DNA of 64,000 nt from Tubiluchus corallicola (taxonomy: Eukaryota; Animalia; Priapulida): NCBI GenBank assembly GCA_030141605.1, contig JAQGDQ010000519.1:1-64000 (forward strand), written 5' to 3'. This document shows positions 1 through 12,159 of the stretch, one piece after another. Made by a program: the position numbers and the translations under genes. The notes under the pieces are model-generated. The model was not told the DNA's origin. It was given only the letters and a program-made list of their open reading frames with translations, and did not search any database. Positions within the stretch are counted from its first letter, which is position 1. Every line of letters starts with the position of its first letter.

Positions 1-605
1 GGACCAAGTTATTCCCGCATACACAGGAAAGCTGTGTTTAGTTCCACAAGCAAGCTGTTTCTGACTCAGAACACTGTTATTAATAACTTGCTGTACAATA
101 CTGATACAACTTTTAGATACAATATACTTAGTTTTTCATGCATACGTAGCAAGGCTGTAGATACAATGTACTTAGTTTTTCATGCATACGTAGCAAGGAT
201 GTATTTAGTTTCAGAAGTTGGCTGTTTTTCAGTCAGAATACTGTTATTAATAACTTGCTGTGAAATACTGATTCAATTTTAAGATCGAATATTTTTAAGC
301 GGGTGGCAGAGAATTTTATTTACCCATTCTAACGAATCCTTTCTTGTATATAAGCTGACTATGTGAGTGAACATCGTCTAAAATAAAATGAATAAATGCT
401 GCTACATCACATCTTTAGACTAGCATATTTAACATTGAGTGAAAGTTCAGCTTCTGGCCACCGTATGCTCGTCAACATACAAACTCGCTCGATCAGTACG
501 TTTATCCTGGAACTGTATTAACTTTATGAAATTGCTAATAAGCAGCATAACGCATTAATTATTCACTAGCCAAACCCCACAAAAAGAATTTTGTGCACAA
601 ATCAA

Positions 606-1197
606 CACACAACCCACACCACACCACTCCACCTCATCACACCACACTGCACCACACCACTCCACCTCATCACACCACACTGCACCACACCATACCACTC
701 CACCTCATCGGACCACACCATACCACCTACACACCATACCACCTACACACCACACCACCCACACCATACCACTCCACCACATCACACCACACTGCACCAC
801 ACCATACCACTGCACCACCCACACACCACACCACACCACCCACACCATAATACTCCACCACATCACACCGCACAGCACCACACCATAACACCACACTGCA
901 CACCCACCTACACACCACACCACCCACACCATACCACTCCACCACATCACACCACACCGCACCACACCATACCACTGCAGCACACCGCACCATCCACACA
1001 CCACACCACCCACACCATACGACTCCACCACATCACACCACACTGCACCACACCATATCACTGCACCGCACCACCCACACACCACACCACACCACTAACA
1101 CCATAATACTCCACCACATCACACCCCACACACCCTATCACCCCACCACACCATCTATATAGCACAACACACAAAGCACACCACCACCACACCACAT
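606..1197 (+). repeat. (CACCA)n-rich degenerate satellite; mirror at about 14030-14625
   Basis: Degenerate cacca/cacac pentamers with longer recurring blocks such as ccataccactccaccacatcacaccacactgcaccaca. Confidence 0.9.
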
Positions 1198-1359
1198 CAA
1201 ATCCACCACCTCACGTGGTGATCATGATGTTGATGATGATGATGATGATTCTGGCAACGATGACGACACCTATAGCACAAGCACCAACAGCACAGCATTA
1301 CAACAAAACCATTCCAAACATTTTTCACAAAGTTGAAACTATGTGCTATAATATAATAA

Positions 1360-1860
1360 ATAGCAAAGGCCCCGCAAAAGATTTTGCGTAAAAAACCACG
1401 TGTAATCAATAATACGCGAACATCCTACCTAGTCCTCATTTATAACACAAAGCCCGTAACATCATGCCTACTGTTTGTTTAACTAACGCAAAGCCTGCAG
1501 CTTTTTGCTGAATTAAAGTTATAAGCAGAGTATAATGGATTACGTCACAACAATGGCATTGCGTCTGCAATTTTCTAAGCGAAAATTGCCGAAAATAGAA
1601 CTCCTAATTAACTGGTCGGTACTTCTCTCGGTGGACCTGCCCTAACATATAGCCCACATCATCGTGTAGCACCATTCTTCCTCTTTGTAAAGAGCCCCAT
1701 ATCTCCTTCCTAGAGTCCCACCGGGCGACGCTAGAACGTTTTTCCCGCAGGCTGTTTGGTCAAAATTTCGAAAAAATCGCGAGTTGGGTCCGGGAAAGCG
1801 TCCGTTACGGGACGCCGTGGCCCTCTCGCGAATTCTAAATATGTAGTATAGTATAGTATG
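1360..1860 (-). mobile_element. Non-autonomous Helitron-like element (mirror at about 13375-13867 +)
   Basis: On the minus strand it begins in a ctatactata run and ends with hairpin cgcaaaa-tc-ttttgcg followed by gggcctttgcta. The related copy at 15300 ends in canonical CTAG|T. Confidence 0.6.
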
Positions 1861-2191
1861 GTATGGTATGGTATGGTATGGCATGGCATGGCATGGCATG
1901 GCATGGCATGGTATGGTATGGTATGGTATGGTATGGTATGGTATGGTATGGTATAGTATAGTATAGTATAGTATAGTATAGTATAGTATAGTATAGTATA
2001 GTATAGTATAGTAGAGTAGAGTAGAGTAGAGTATAGGCTTAGGCATAAAAAATTGCAATCGGCCAGTCGGTCATTGCACTCAGTCAATCAGTCAGTCAGT
2101 CGGTCGGTCGGTCGGTCGATCGGTCTGTCTGTCTGTCTGTCTGTCTGCCTGTCTGTCTGTCAGTTAGTCAGTCAGTCAGTCAGTCAGTCAG
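1846..2191. repeat. Compound microsatellites (tagta/tggta/tggca/tagag; gtca/gtcg/gtct); mirror about 13023-13383
   Basis: Directly visible pentamer and tetramer runs. Confidence 0.95.
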
Positions 2192-2287
2192 TGTTAAATA
2201 ATGTACTATATAATCGTAATTCTACTTCAATTGTTTGAAATTGCTCTATGCATTCAAACAGAATCAAATTGCCTAACTTGTCTCCTG

Positions 2288-2423
2288 AGTGTGACCCGTT
2301 GGGGAGATAAGAAACGCTGTTTGGAGAGCATTAGTGTGACCTGTTGGGGAAATAAGAAACGCTCTTTGGAGAGCATTAGTGTGACCCGTTGGGGAAATAA
2401 GAAACGCTGTTTGGATAGCATTA
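2288..2423. repeat. 46-bp tandem repeat x3 (mirror about 12792-12927)
   Basis: agtgtgacccgttgggga(g/a)ataagaaacgctgtttggagagcatt repeated three times. Confidence 0.9.
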
Positions 2424-3054
2424 TTATGAGACTGTTGGAGATAAAAATACACATAAAACAAAACTGTCTGGATCCTGAATTCGGTGTCACGTAAAAACGT
2501 GATAACGGCAAAGAAGCGTGAGAGACCGTCACCTGTGCAGCATGAGAACTAAACCAAGAAAACACGTGTATTTACAAAGGTCACACTTGTTTTTTGCAAG
2601 AAGTTGTCAAAAATTGCTGTTAATAATAGATCCCATGAGCGTATAAAATACCTATCAACTGTAACCATTTTTCAAGTTTGCAAACTTTGCACATTGTCAT
2701 GCGTTGCTAAAACCTTTTTTGCTGGAAAATGTCGGCCATGTGATAAGTGAAACTCTTTCAATTAGGAAATTGTAATTACAACAAGTAATGACTATTTTTA
2801 GGAATTAACAACCAAAAAAATCACGTAAAGTTAATTTAAGCAGGAGCTTTTTTGCTCTAAACACCCTTTTTTAACAAGTATGTCAAAGAAGGCATGAAAT
2901 TTTTAGCATAATATTTTCATTAAATTTTTTTAGAAGATTATTCTCTAATTATTTTAAGTTTGAATCTCGAAAGAAGCTTTTTAAGATTTTCCTTTTAGAT
3001 TTAGCCGAGCAGTTAGTTGGTTTCAGACTTAGAAAAACTGCGCATATTATTACA

Positions 3055-4512
3055 CTTACTTAAATGAAAAAATGATTATAGTTATGCATGCTTCTGTAGA
3101 TAACTTAATGTAAATAAGGATGAAGTAAATGATGTAATAATTTGAGTAGTGCGAGGTGAGTGTACGACCATACGGTCATTAACACACTCACCTTACTTAA
3201 ATGAAAAAATGATTATAGTTATGCATGCTTCTGTAGATAACTTAATGTAAATAAGGATGAAGTAAATGATGTAATAATTTGAGTAGTGCGAGGTGAGTGT
3301 ACGGCCATACGGTCATTAACACACTCACCTTACTTAAATGAAAAAATGATTATAGTTATGCATGCTTCTGTAGATAACTTAATGTAAATAAGGATGAAGT
3401 AAATGATGTAATAATTTGAGTAGTGCGAGGTGAGTGTACGACCATACGGTCATTAACACACTCACCTTACTTAATGAAAAAATGATTATAGTTATGCATG
3501 CTTCTGTAGATAACTTAATGTAAATAAGGATGAAGTAAATGATGTAATAATTTGAGTAGTGCGAGGTGAGTGTACGACCATACGGTCATTAACACACTCA
3601 CCTTACTTAAATGAAAAAATGATTATAGTTATGCATGCTTCTGTAGATAACTTAATGTAAATAAGGATGAAGTAAATGATGTAATAATTTGAGAAGTGCG
3701 AGGTGAGTGTACGACCATACGGTCATTAACACATTCACCTTACATAAATGAAAAAATGATTATAGTTATGCATGCTTCTGTAGATAACTTAGTGTAAATA
3801 AGGATGAAGTAAATGATGTAATAATTTGAGTAGTGCGAGGTGAGTGTACGACCAAACGGTCATTAACACACTCACCTTACTTAAATGAAAAAATGATTAT
3901 AGTTATGCATGCTTCTGTAGATAACTTAATGTAAATAAGGATGAAGTAAATGATGTAATAATTTGAGTAGTGCGAGGTGAGTGTACGACCATACGGTCAT
4001 TAACACACTCACCTTACTTAAATGAAAAAATGATTATAGTTATGCATGCTTCTGTAGATAACTTAATGTAAATAAGGATGAAGTAAATGATGTAATAATT
4101 TGAGTAGTGTGAGGTGAGTGTACGACCATACGGTCATTAACACACTCACCTTACTTAAATGAAAAAATGATTATAGTTATGCATGCTTCTGTAGATAACT
4201 TAATGTAAATAAGGATGAAGTAAATGATGTAATAATTTGAGTAGTGCGAGGTGAGTGTACGACCATACTGTCATTAACACACTCACCTTACTTAAATGAA
4301 AAAAATGATTATAGTTATGCATGCTTCTGTAGATAACTTAATGTAAATAAGGATGAAGTAAATGATGTAATAATTTGAGTAGTGCGAGGTGAGTGTACGA
4401 CCAAACTGTCATTAACACACTCACCTTACTTAAATGAAAAAATGATTATAGTTATGCATGCTTCTGTAGATAAGTTAATGTAAATAAGGATGAAGTAAAT
4501 GATGTAATAATA
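3055..4512 (+). repeat. 137-bp tandem array (~10.6 units) with internal hairpin
   Basis: Unit starts ttacttaaatgaaaaaatg at 3056, 3193, 3330 and so on. Each unit contains aggtgagtgt-ac-gacc-atac-ggtc-attaac-acactcacct. Confidence 0.97.
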
Positions 4513-4984
4513 GCAATGGTATAAGAGCAATAAACCTGAAAGTTGAGAAAGGAAAACATAATATGTAATTACGACTTTGAGTGAGCCTTAAAGAGTGAAA
4601 ACATTTTTTTTTAAATAGTTACGAATGTGAATTATGTGATTATCTGTCAATGTACTTTTTGTTTCTCTCTTGTTTGTTTTGTTATTTTCCTCTAGCGACC
4701 TTGCTCCGTGAACCTCTAATAAGTATATTCATTTCGATATGAATTGACCAAAAATAAAAGAATTGACCATGATTTGTGGACTAGGATCAATACGTGATGA
4801 TGAATATTGAGATCCATTCTTGCTGCAATCATGAGTTATGTAAAATGTTTAGAAAACGCTCCATGGTTTGCTCTATCAAGAGAAACTTTTCTGAAATTGA
4901 AAGGTATAACTGATAGCTTGACCTATCCACCCCAGCAGTTGAAGATAGACCATTTCATCAGGCGGAGGAATATATATATATTTT

Positions 4985-5064
4985 TCTCTCTCTCTCTCTC
5001 TCTCTCTCGCTCTCTCTCTCTCTCTGTCTCTCTCTCTCTCACTCTCTCTCTCTCTCTCTCTGTC

Positions 5065-5119
<55 letters not shown>

Positions 5120-5175
5120 TCCTTTCTCCCTCGCTTATCTCTTTCTTTCTTTCTCTCCTATTTCTGTCTCTCTCT
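4985..5175. repeat. (CT)n microsatellite (mirror (AG)n about 10060-10232)
   Basis: Direct observation. Confidence 0.95.
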
Positions 5176-5214
5176 TTATTGTGTTCTTAATTTTTACATT
5201 GTTGTTATCACAGA

Positions 5215-5261
5215 TAACTCCGCCATAGCCGGTCCCAAGCCCGGTTGAGAGAGGAGGAGGG
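5215..5261 (+). ncRNA. Twister self-cleaving ribozyme core at RTE 5' end
   Basis: UAA-CUCC-GCC-AUA-GCCGG-UCCCAAGC-CCGG-UUGAGAGA-GGAG-GAGGG matches the P1-type twister consensus (compare rice twister UAACACUGCCAAUGCCGGUCCCAAGCCCGGAUAAAAGUGGAGGG). P2 CUCC/GGAG, P4 CCGG/CCGG and pseudoknot CCC/GGG are present. Confidence 0.9.
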
Positions 5262-8200
5262 TTGGGCTTAGGGTTAGCACCCCTATCCTGTAAAAGTTCT
5301 AAATTGCTACAGAAACAGACAGAAACAAATCTACTGACACAAATCGGCACAAAGCAGAAAGTTCGACCCATGTTATGACGATGCTAGGTCAAAGCCGAGA
5401 GGAAGCCCAGCATCCGATGAAGAACTCTATACTGAGTGCCACAAAGGTGACAAAAATTGGCACCTGGAATGTAAGAACAATGTTCCAAACAGGAAAAATG
5501 GCCCAAGTTATCCGGGAATTCAACAACTATCAACTCAGTATCTTAGGCGTAACGGAAGTGAGATGGACAGGAAGCGGAAACATCAAGAGTGGAGAAACAA
5601 CCTTTCTGTATTCAGGACCAGAGGAGGATCACCAGAGAGGTGTTGGTCTGATGCTGAACAAAGAGGCAGCAAAGACACTAATAGGATGGAACCCAGTCAG
5701 TGAGAGGATAATAACTGCCCGAATACAGTCAAGGCATGCGAAAACAACAATTGTTTGCATTTACGCACCAACTGAAGATACAGATGAACAAGTTAAAGAT
5801 GATTTCTACCAACAATGTCAAGATGTGCTGAATGACATCCCCAGCCATGACATCATTCTCCTCATGGGTGATATGAATGCAAAGATTGACAACAACAGAC
5901 ACGGACTGGAGCATGTAATCGGGCCACATGGATCAGCTCAAGAAACAAACAACAATGGTGAACGGCTCCTGATGTTGTGCAATTTAAATGGACTGTGTAT
6001 TGGAAATACTTATTTTGCCCACAAAACCATCCACAAGAAGACATGGAGGTCACCAGATGGAAATACACAGAACGAAATCGACTACATCTGTATCAGCAAG
6101 AGATGGAGATCAGCACTGAAAGATGTGAAAGTATGTCGTGGAGCTGATGTGGGCTCTGACCACCACCTAGTTCAAGGAAAAGTGCAGCTCAAACTGAAAA
6201 AGATACAAAAGCCAAAAATCACAAGACCTTTTGCGGTTGAAAACCTGAAAGACCAACAAAAAGCAAGAAGTTTTGAACTTGCACTTAGCAACAAATTTGA
6301 ACCACTACTACAAGCCAACGATATTGAAGAACAGTGGAAAATATTCAAAGAAGCAGTAACAGCAGTTGCAGATGAACAGATCGGCAGAAGAAGGGGTAAC
6401 AGAAAAGAAATGTGGATACAAGAAAAAACTTGGGAATTAATTGATGAAAGAAAGAAGACTAAGCAAATGAGAGACCAAGCAAAAACACCAGAAAGCAGGA
6501 GCCAAGCCAATGAGCAGTACCAACTGGCAGATAGAGCAGTAAAAAGACGTTGCAGGAGGGACAAGAACGAATGGTTTGAAAAGAAGGGTGAAGAAGCACA
6601 GTTAGCAGCCAGCCATAATGATACCAAGACTCTCTACAGAATTGTTAAAGATCTAACGGGAACAGGAGGCACCCCAGCTGTGCCAGTCAAGAACAAAAGT
6701 GGTGTGACTCTCACAACAACAGAACAGCAAAACGCACGATGGGTGGAACACTTCAAGGAAGTTCTCAACCAGCCAAACCCAACAACATTATTCAATTTTG
6801 AGAACGAAATTGGACAACAACAGCTAGATGTAAGATTGGACAACATCAGTGAACTGGAAGTCGAAACTGCCATCAAAAAACTAAAGAACAACAAAGCAGC
6901 TGGAGAGGAGCAAATAACAGCTGAGCTCCTGAAACACGGTAATAAAGGGATAACACGATCAATGACAAAGCTCCTGAACAGCTGCTGGGAACAATAAAAG
7001 GTCCCCGAAGATTGGAGAAATGGAGTCATCGTGAAGTTGCCTAAAAAAGGGAACCTGACAGATTGCAACAATTGGAGAGGAATAACTCTGATGTCAATAC
7101 CTGGAAAAGTCCTGAGTATAGTGCTGCTAGATCGGTTGAGAGATGCTGTTGATATAAGACTAAGAGAACAACAAGCTGGATTTAGAAAAGGAAGATCATG
7201 CTGTGAACAGATATTCACTCTCCGAAACATCATTGAGCAATGTATGGAATTCCAACAGCCCTTATTAATCAATTTTATTGATTTCAAGAAGGCTTTTGAC
7301 TCTGTTCACAGGCAGTCTCTATGGAAAATAGCTTCTCTGTATGGTTTCCCACAGAAATTCATTTCAACCATCCAGAACTTTTACCAAAACAGCGGCTGTT
7401 GTATAAGAACACAAGAGGGAAACACCGTGTATTTCACCATCGAAACTGGAGTTAAGGAAGGTTGCATTATGTCGCCATTCCTGTTCCTACTGACGATTGA
7501 TTTCATCATGAACAAGGCGGTTGATGGTAAAGATCTAGGAATGCAATGGAAACAACAACAACGATTGGCAGATCTGGACTTTGCTGACGATATAGCTCTT
7601 CTGGAAACATCAAAAGAAAGCCTGCAACAACTGACCACAAGTATGGAAGAAGTAGCGGGAAAAATTGGATTGAGAATTAGTCAAGAAAAGACCAAAGTTT
7701 TGAAAGTGTGGACAAACCAACAGAATGATGTACATATAACAGTGGGAGGCCAAATGGTTAAGAACGTTACCAGTTTTTCATATCTGGGCAGTGTGATGAC
7801 CTGTAATGGAGGTACAGAAAATGACATCAGGGGGAGAATTGGCAAAGCAACAGCAGTATTTAGGAAGATGGGAAAAATCTGGACAAGCAAGAAAATTGAC
7901 ATGAAAATCAAACTTCGTCTGTACAACGCCATTGTGCTGCCAACGGCTCTCTATGCCAGCAAAACCTGGAAAGTCACAGCGGAGTTATCAAAGAAACTGA
8001 ACGTCTTCCACCAAAAATGCCTTCGAAAGATACTAAAAATCTCCTACCGCGACCATGTCACCAATGTAGAAGTTCTTCAACGAGCGCAGTCATTGCGGTT
8101 ACAAGATATAGTTACAGAGAGAAGAATGAAACTGGCTGGACATATTCTCCGTCTATCAGAAAGTCGCTACGCCAAAACAGCAGTACAGTGGGAACCACCT

Positions 8201-8381
8201 GGTGGGAAACGAAAAAGAGGTCGGCCAAAAACAACGTGGCGCAGATCCTTCAAAGAAGACCTTCGAGCTGTCAACAGACGTTGGGAAAACGTAGAGAACG
8301 AAGCCGCCGATAGAACTCAGTGGAAAATGCTGTCTGCCCAATGTGCATCAATGCGCAGGAAGGACTAAGGTCTAAGGTAAG
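5216..8381 (+). mobile_element. Full-length RTE-clade non-LTR retrotransposon (~3.17 kb)
   Basis: TSD gttatcacagata at 5204-5216 and 8382-8394; (c)taagg tail repeats at 8365-8382; single APE-RT reading frame; twister-containing 5' UTR. Confidence 0.95.
5375..8368 (+). pseudogene. RTE APE endonuclease / reverse transcriptase ORF with one in-frame stop (TAA 6995-6997)
   Basis: APE motifs IGTWNVRT, GDMNAK, IDYI, SDHH; RT motifs QAGFRKGRSC, FIDFKKAFDSV, FADD, YLGS; C-terminal RGRPKTTW. ORFs 5375-6997 and 7031-8368 are in the same frame (WEQ*KVPEDWR). Confidence 0.93.
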
Positions 8382-8436
8382 GTTATCACAGATATAGTGA
8401 TTGAAGCCAAAGCGAGATGTTATTATTATTTTTTTG

Positions 8437-10018
8437 TAATGTTGTTTTGTTTGGCTGGTTGAGCACTTCCTTGAAGTGTTCCACCCATCGTGCGTTTTGC
8501 TGTTCTGTTGTTGTTAGGGAAGTCACACCACTTGTTCTTGACTTGCTTTGCCCAGCTGGGGTGCCTCCTGTTCCCGTTAGATCTTTAACAATTCTGTAGA
8601 AAGTCTTTGGTATCATTATGGCTGGCTGCTAACTGTGCTTCTTCACCCTTCTTTTCAAACCATTCGTTCTTGTCCCTCCTGCAACGTCTTTTTACTGCTC
8701 TATCTGCCAGTTGGTACTGCTCATTGGCTTGGCTCCTGCTTTCTGGTGTTTTTGCTTGGTCTCTCATTTGCTTAGTCTTCTTTCTTTCATCAATTAATTC
8801 CCAAGTTTTTTCTTGTATCCACATTTCTTTTCTGTTACCCCTTCTTCTGCCGATCTGTTCATCTGCAACTGCTGTTACTGCTTCTTTGAATATTTTCCAC
8901 TGTTCTTCAATATCGTTGGCTTGTAGTAGTGGTTCAAATTTGTTGCTAAGTGCAAGTTCAAAACTTCTTGCTTTTTGTTGGTCTTTCAGGTTTTCAACCG
9001 CAAAAGGTCTTGTGATTTTTGGCTTTTGTATCTTTTTCAGTTTGAGCTGCACTTTTCCTTGAACTAGGTGGTGGTCAGAGCCCACATCAGCTCCACGACA
9101 TACTTTCACATCTTTCAGTGCTGATCTCCATCTCTTGCTGATACAGATGTAGTCGATTTCGTTCTGTGTATTTCCATCTGGTGACCTCCATGTCTTCTTG
9201 TGGATGGTTTTGTGGGCAAAATAAGTATTTCCAATACACAGTCCATTTAAATTGCACAACATCAGGAGCCGTTCACCATTGCTGTTTGTTTCTTGAGCTG
9301 ATCCATGTGGCCCGATTACATGCTCCAATCCGTGTCTGTTGTTGTCAATCTTTGCATTCATATCACCCATGAGGAGAATGATGTCATGGCTGGGGATGTC
9401 ATTCAGCACATCTTGACATTGTTGGTAGAAATCATCTTTAACTTGTTCATCTGTATCTTCAGTTGGTGCGTAAATGCAAACAATAGTTGTTTTCGCATGC
9501 CTTGACTGTATTCGGGCAGTTATTATCCTCTCACTGACTGGGTTCCATCCTATTAGTGTCTTTGCTGCCTCTTTGTTCAGCATCAGACCAACACCTCTCT
9601 GGTGATCCTCCTCTGGTCCTGAATACAGAAAGGTTGTTTCTCCACTCTTGATGTTTCCGCTTCCTGTCCATCTCACTTCCGTTACGCCTAAGATACTGAG
9701 TTGATAGTTGTTGAATTCCCGGATAACTTGGGCCATTTTTCCTGTTTGGAACATTGTTCTTACATTCCAGGTGCCAATTTTTGTCACCTTTGTGGCACTC
9801 AGTATAGAGTTCTTCATCGGATGCTGGGCTTCCTCTCGGCTTTGACCTAGCATCGTCATAACATGGGTCGAACTTTCTGCTTTGTGCCGATTTGTGTCAG
9901 TAGATTTGTTTCTGTCTGTTTCTGTAGCAATTTAGAACTTTTACAGGATAGGGGTGCTAACCCTAAGCCCAACCCTCCTCCTCTCTCAACCGGGCTTGGG
10001 ACCGGCTATGGCGGAGTT
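8437..10018 (-). mobile_element. Inverted 3'-truncated copy of the same RTE insertion (5' UTR + APE domain)
   Basis: ORF 8585-9859(-) is nearly identical to 5375 onward. It has the same 5' flank/TSD sequence at 10018-10030. Frameshifts cluster at about 8500-8610. Confidence 0.95.
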
Positions 10019-10019
10019 A
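9973..10019 (-). ncRNA. Twister ribozyme core (mirror copy)
   Basis: Exact reverse complement of 5215-5261. Confidence 0.88.
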
Positions 10020-10114
10020 TCTGTGATAACAACAATGTAAAAATTAAGAACACAATAAAGAGAGAGACAGAAATAGGAGAGAAAGAAAGAAAGAGATAAG
10101 CGAGGGAGAAAGGA

Positions 10115-10237
<123 letters not shown>

Positions 10238-10702
10238 AATATATATATTCCTCCGCCTGATGAAATGGTCTATCTTCAACTGCTGGGGTGGATAGGTCAA
10301 GCTATCAGTTATACCTTTCAATTTCAGAAAAGTTTCTCTTGATAGAGCAAACCATGGAGCGTTTTCTAAACATTTTACATAACTCATGATTGCAGCAAGA
10401 ATGGATCTCAATATTCATCATCACGTATTGATCCTAGTCCACAAATCATGGTCAATTCTTTTATTTTTGGTCAATTCATATCAAAATGAATATACTTATT
10501 AGAGGTTCACGGAGCAAGGTCGCTAGAGGAAAATAACAAAACAAACAAGAGAGAAACAAAAAGTACATTGACAGATAATCACATAATTCACATTCGTAAC
10601 TATTTAAAAAAAAATTTCACTCTTTAAGGCTCACTCAAAGTCGTAATTACATATTATGTTTTCCTTTCTCAACTTTCAGGTTTATTGCTCTTATACCATT
10701 GC

Positions 10703-12159
10703 TATTATTACATCATTTACTTCATCCTTATTTACATTAAGTTATCTACAGAAGCATGCATAACTATAATCATTTTTTCATTTAAGTAAGGTGAGTGTGT
10801 TAATGACAGTTTGGTCGTACACTCACCTCGCACTACTCAAATTATTACATCATTTACTTCATCCTTATTTACATTAAGTTATCTACAGAAGCATGCATAA
10901 CTATAATCATTTTTTCATTTAAGTAAGGTGAGTGTGTTAATGACAGTTTGGTCGTACACTCACCTCGCACTACTCAAATTATTACATCATTTACTTCATC
11001 CTTATTTACATTAAGTTATCTACAGAAGCATGCATAACTATAATCATTTTTTCATTTAAGTAAGGTGAGTGTGTTAATGACCGTATGGTCGTACACTCAC
11101 CTCACACTACTCAAATTATTACATCATTTACTTCATCCTTATTTACATTAAGTTATCTACAGAAGCACGCGTAATTATAATCATTTTTTCATTTAAGTAA
11201 GGTGAGTGTGTTAATGACCGTATGGTCGTACACTCACCTCGCACTACTCAAATTATTACATCATTTACTTCATCCTTATTTACATTAAGTTATCTACAGA
11301 AGCATGCATAACTATAATCATTTTTTCATTTAAGTAAGGTGAGTGTGTTAATGACCGTATGGTCGTACACTCACCTCGCACTACTCAAATTATTACATCA
11401 TTTACTTCATCCTTATTTACACTAAGTTATCTACAGAAGCATGCATAACTATAATCATTTTTTCATTTATGTAAGGTGAATGTGTTAATGACCGTATGGT
11501 CGTACACTCACCTCGCACTTCTCAAATTATTACATCATTTACTTCATCCTTATTTACTTTGAGTTATCTACAGAAGCATGCATAACTATAATCATTTTTT
11601 CATTTAAGTAAGGTGAGTGTGTTAATGACCGTATGGTCGTACACTCACCTCGCACTACTCAAATTATTACATCATTTACTTCATCCTTATTTAGATTAAG
11701 TTATCTACAGAAGCATGCATAACTATAATCATTTTTTCATTAAGTAACGTGAGCGTGTTAATGACCGTATGGTCGTGCACTCACCTCGCACTACTCAAAT
11801 TATTACATCATTTACTTCATTCTTATTTACATTAAGTTATCTACAGAAGCATGCATAATTATAATCATTTTTTCATTTAAGTAAGGTGAGTGTGTTAATG
11901 ACCGTATGGTCGTACACTCACCTCGCACTACTCAAATTATTACATCATTTACTTCATCCTTATTTACATTAAGTTATCTACAAAAGCATGCATAACTATA
12001 ATCATTTTTTCATTTAAGTAAGGTGAGTGTGTTAATGACCGAATGGTCGTACACTCACCTCGCACTACTCAAATTATTACATCATTTACTTCATCCTTAT
12101 TTACATTAAGTTATCTACAGAAGCATGCGTAACTATAATCATTTTTTCATTTAAGTAAG
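10703..12159 (-). repeat. 137-bp tandem array, mirror copy
   Basis: Reverse complement of 3055-4512 with scattered private variants. Confidence 0.97.

Noticed and set aside
591-1197. His/Thr/Pro-rich ORFs or telomere-like tract
   Set aside because: Translations of a degenerate CACCA satellite open in several frames; not a canonical telomeric repeat.
3055-4512. CRISPR-like array (hairpin repeat at regular spacing)
   Set aside because: The sequence between hairpins is identical in every unit (no unique spacers), there are no cas genes, and the context is eukaryotic.
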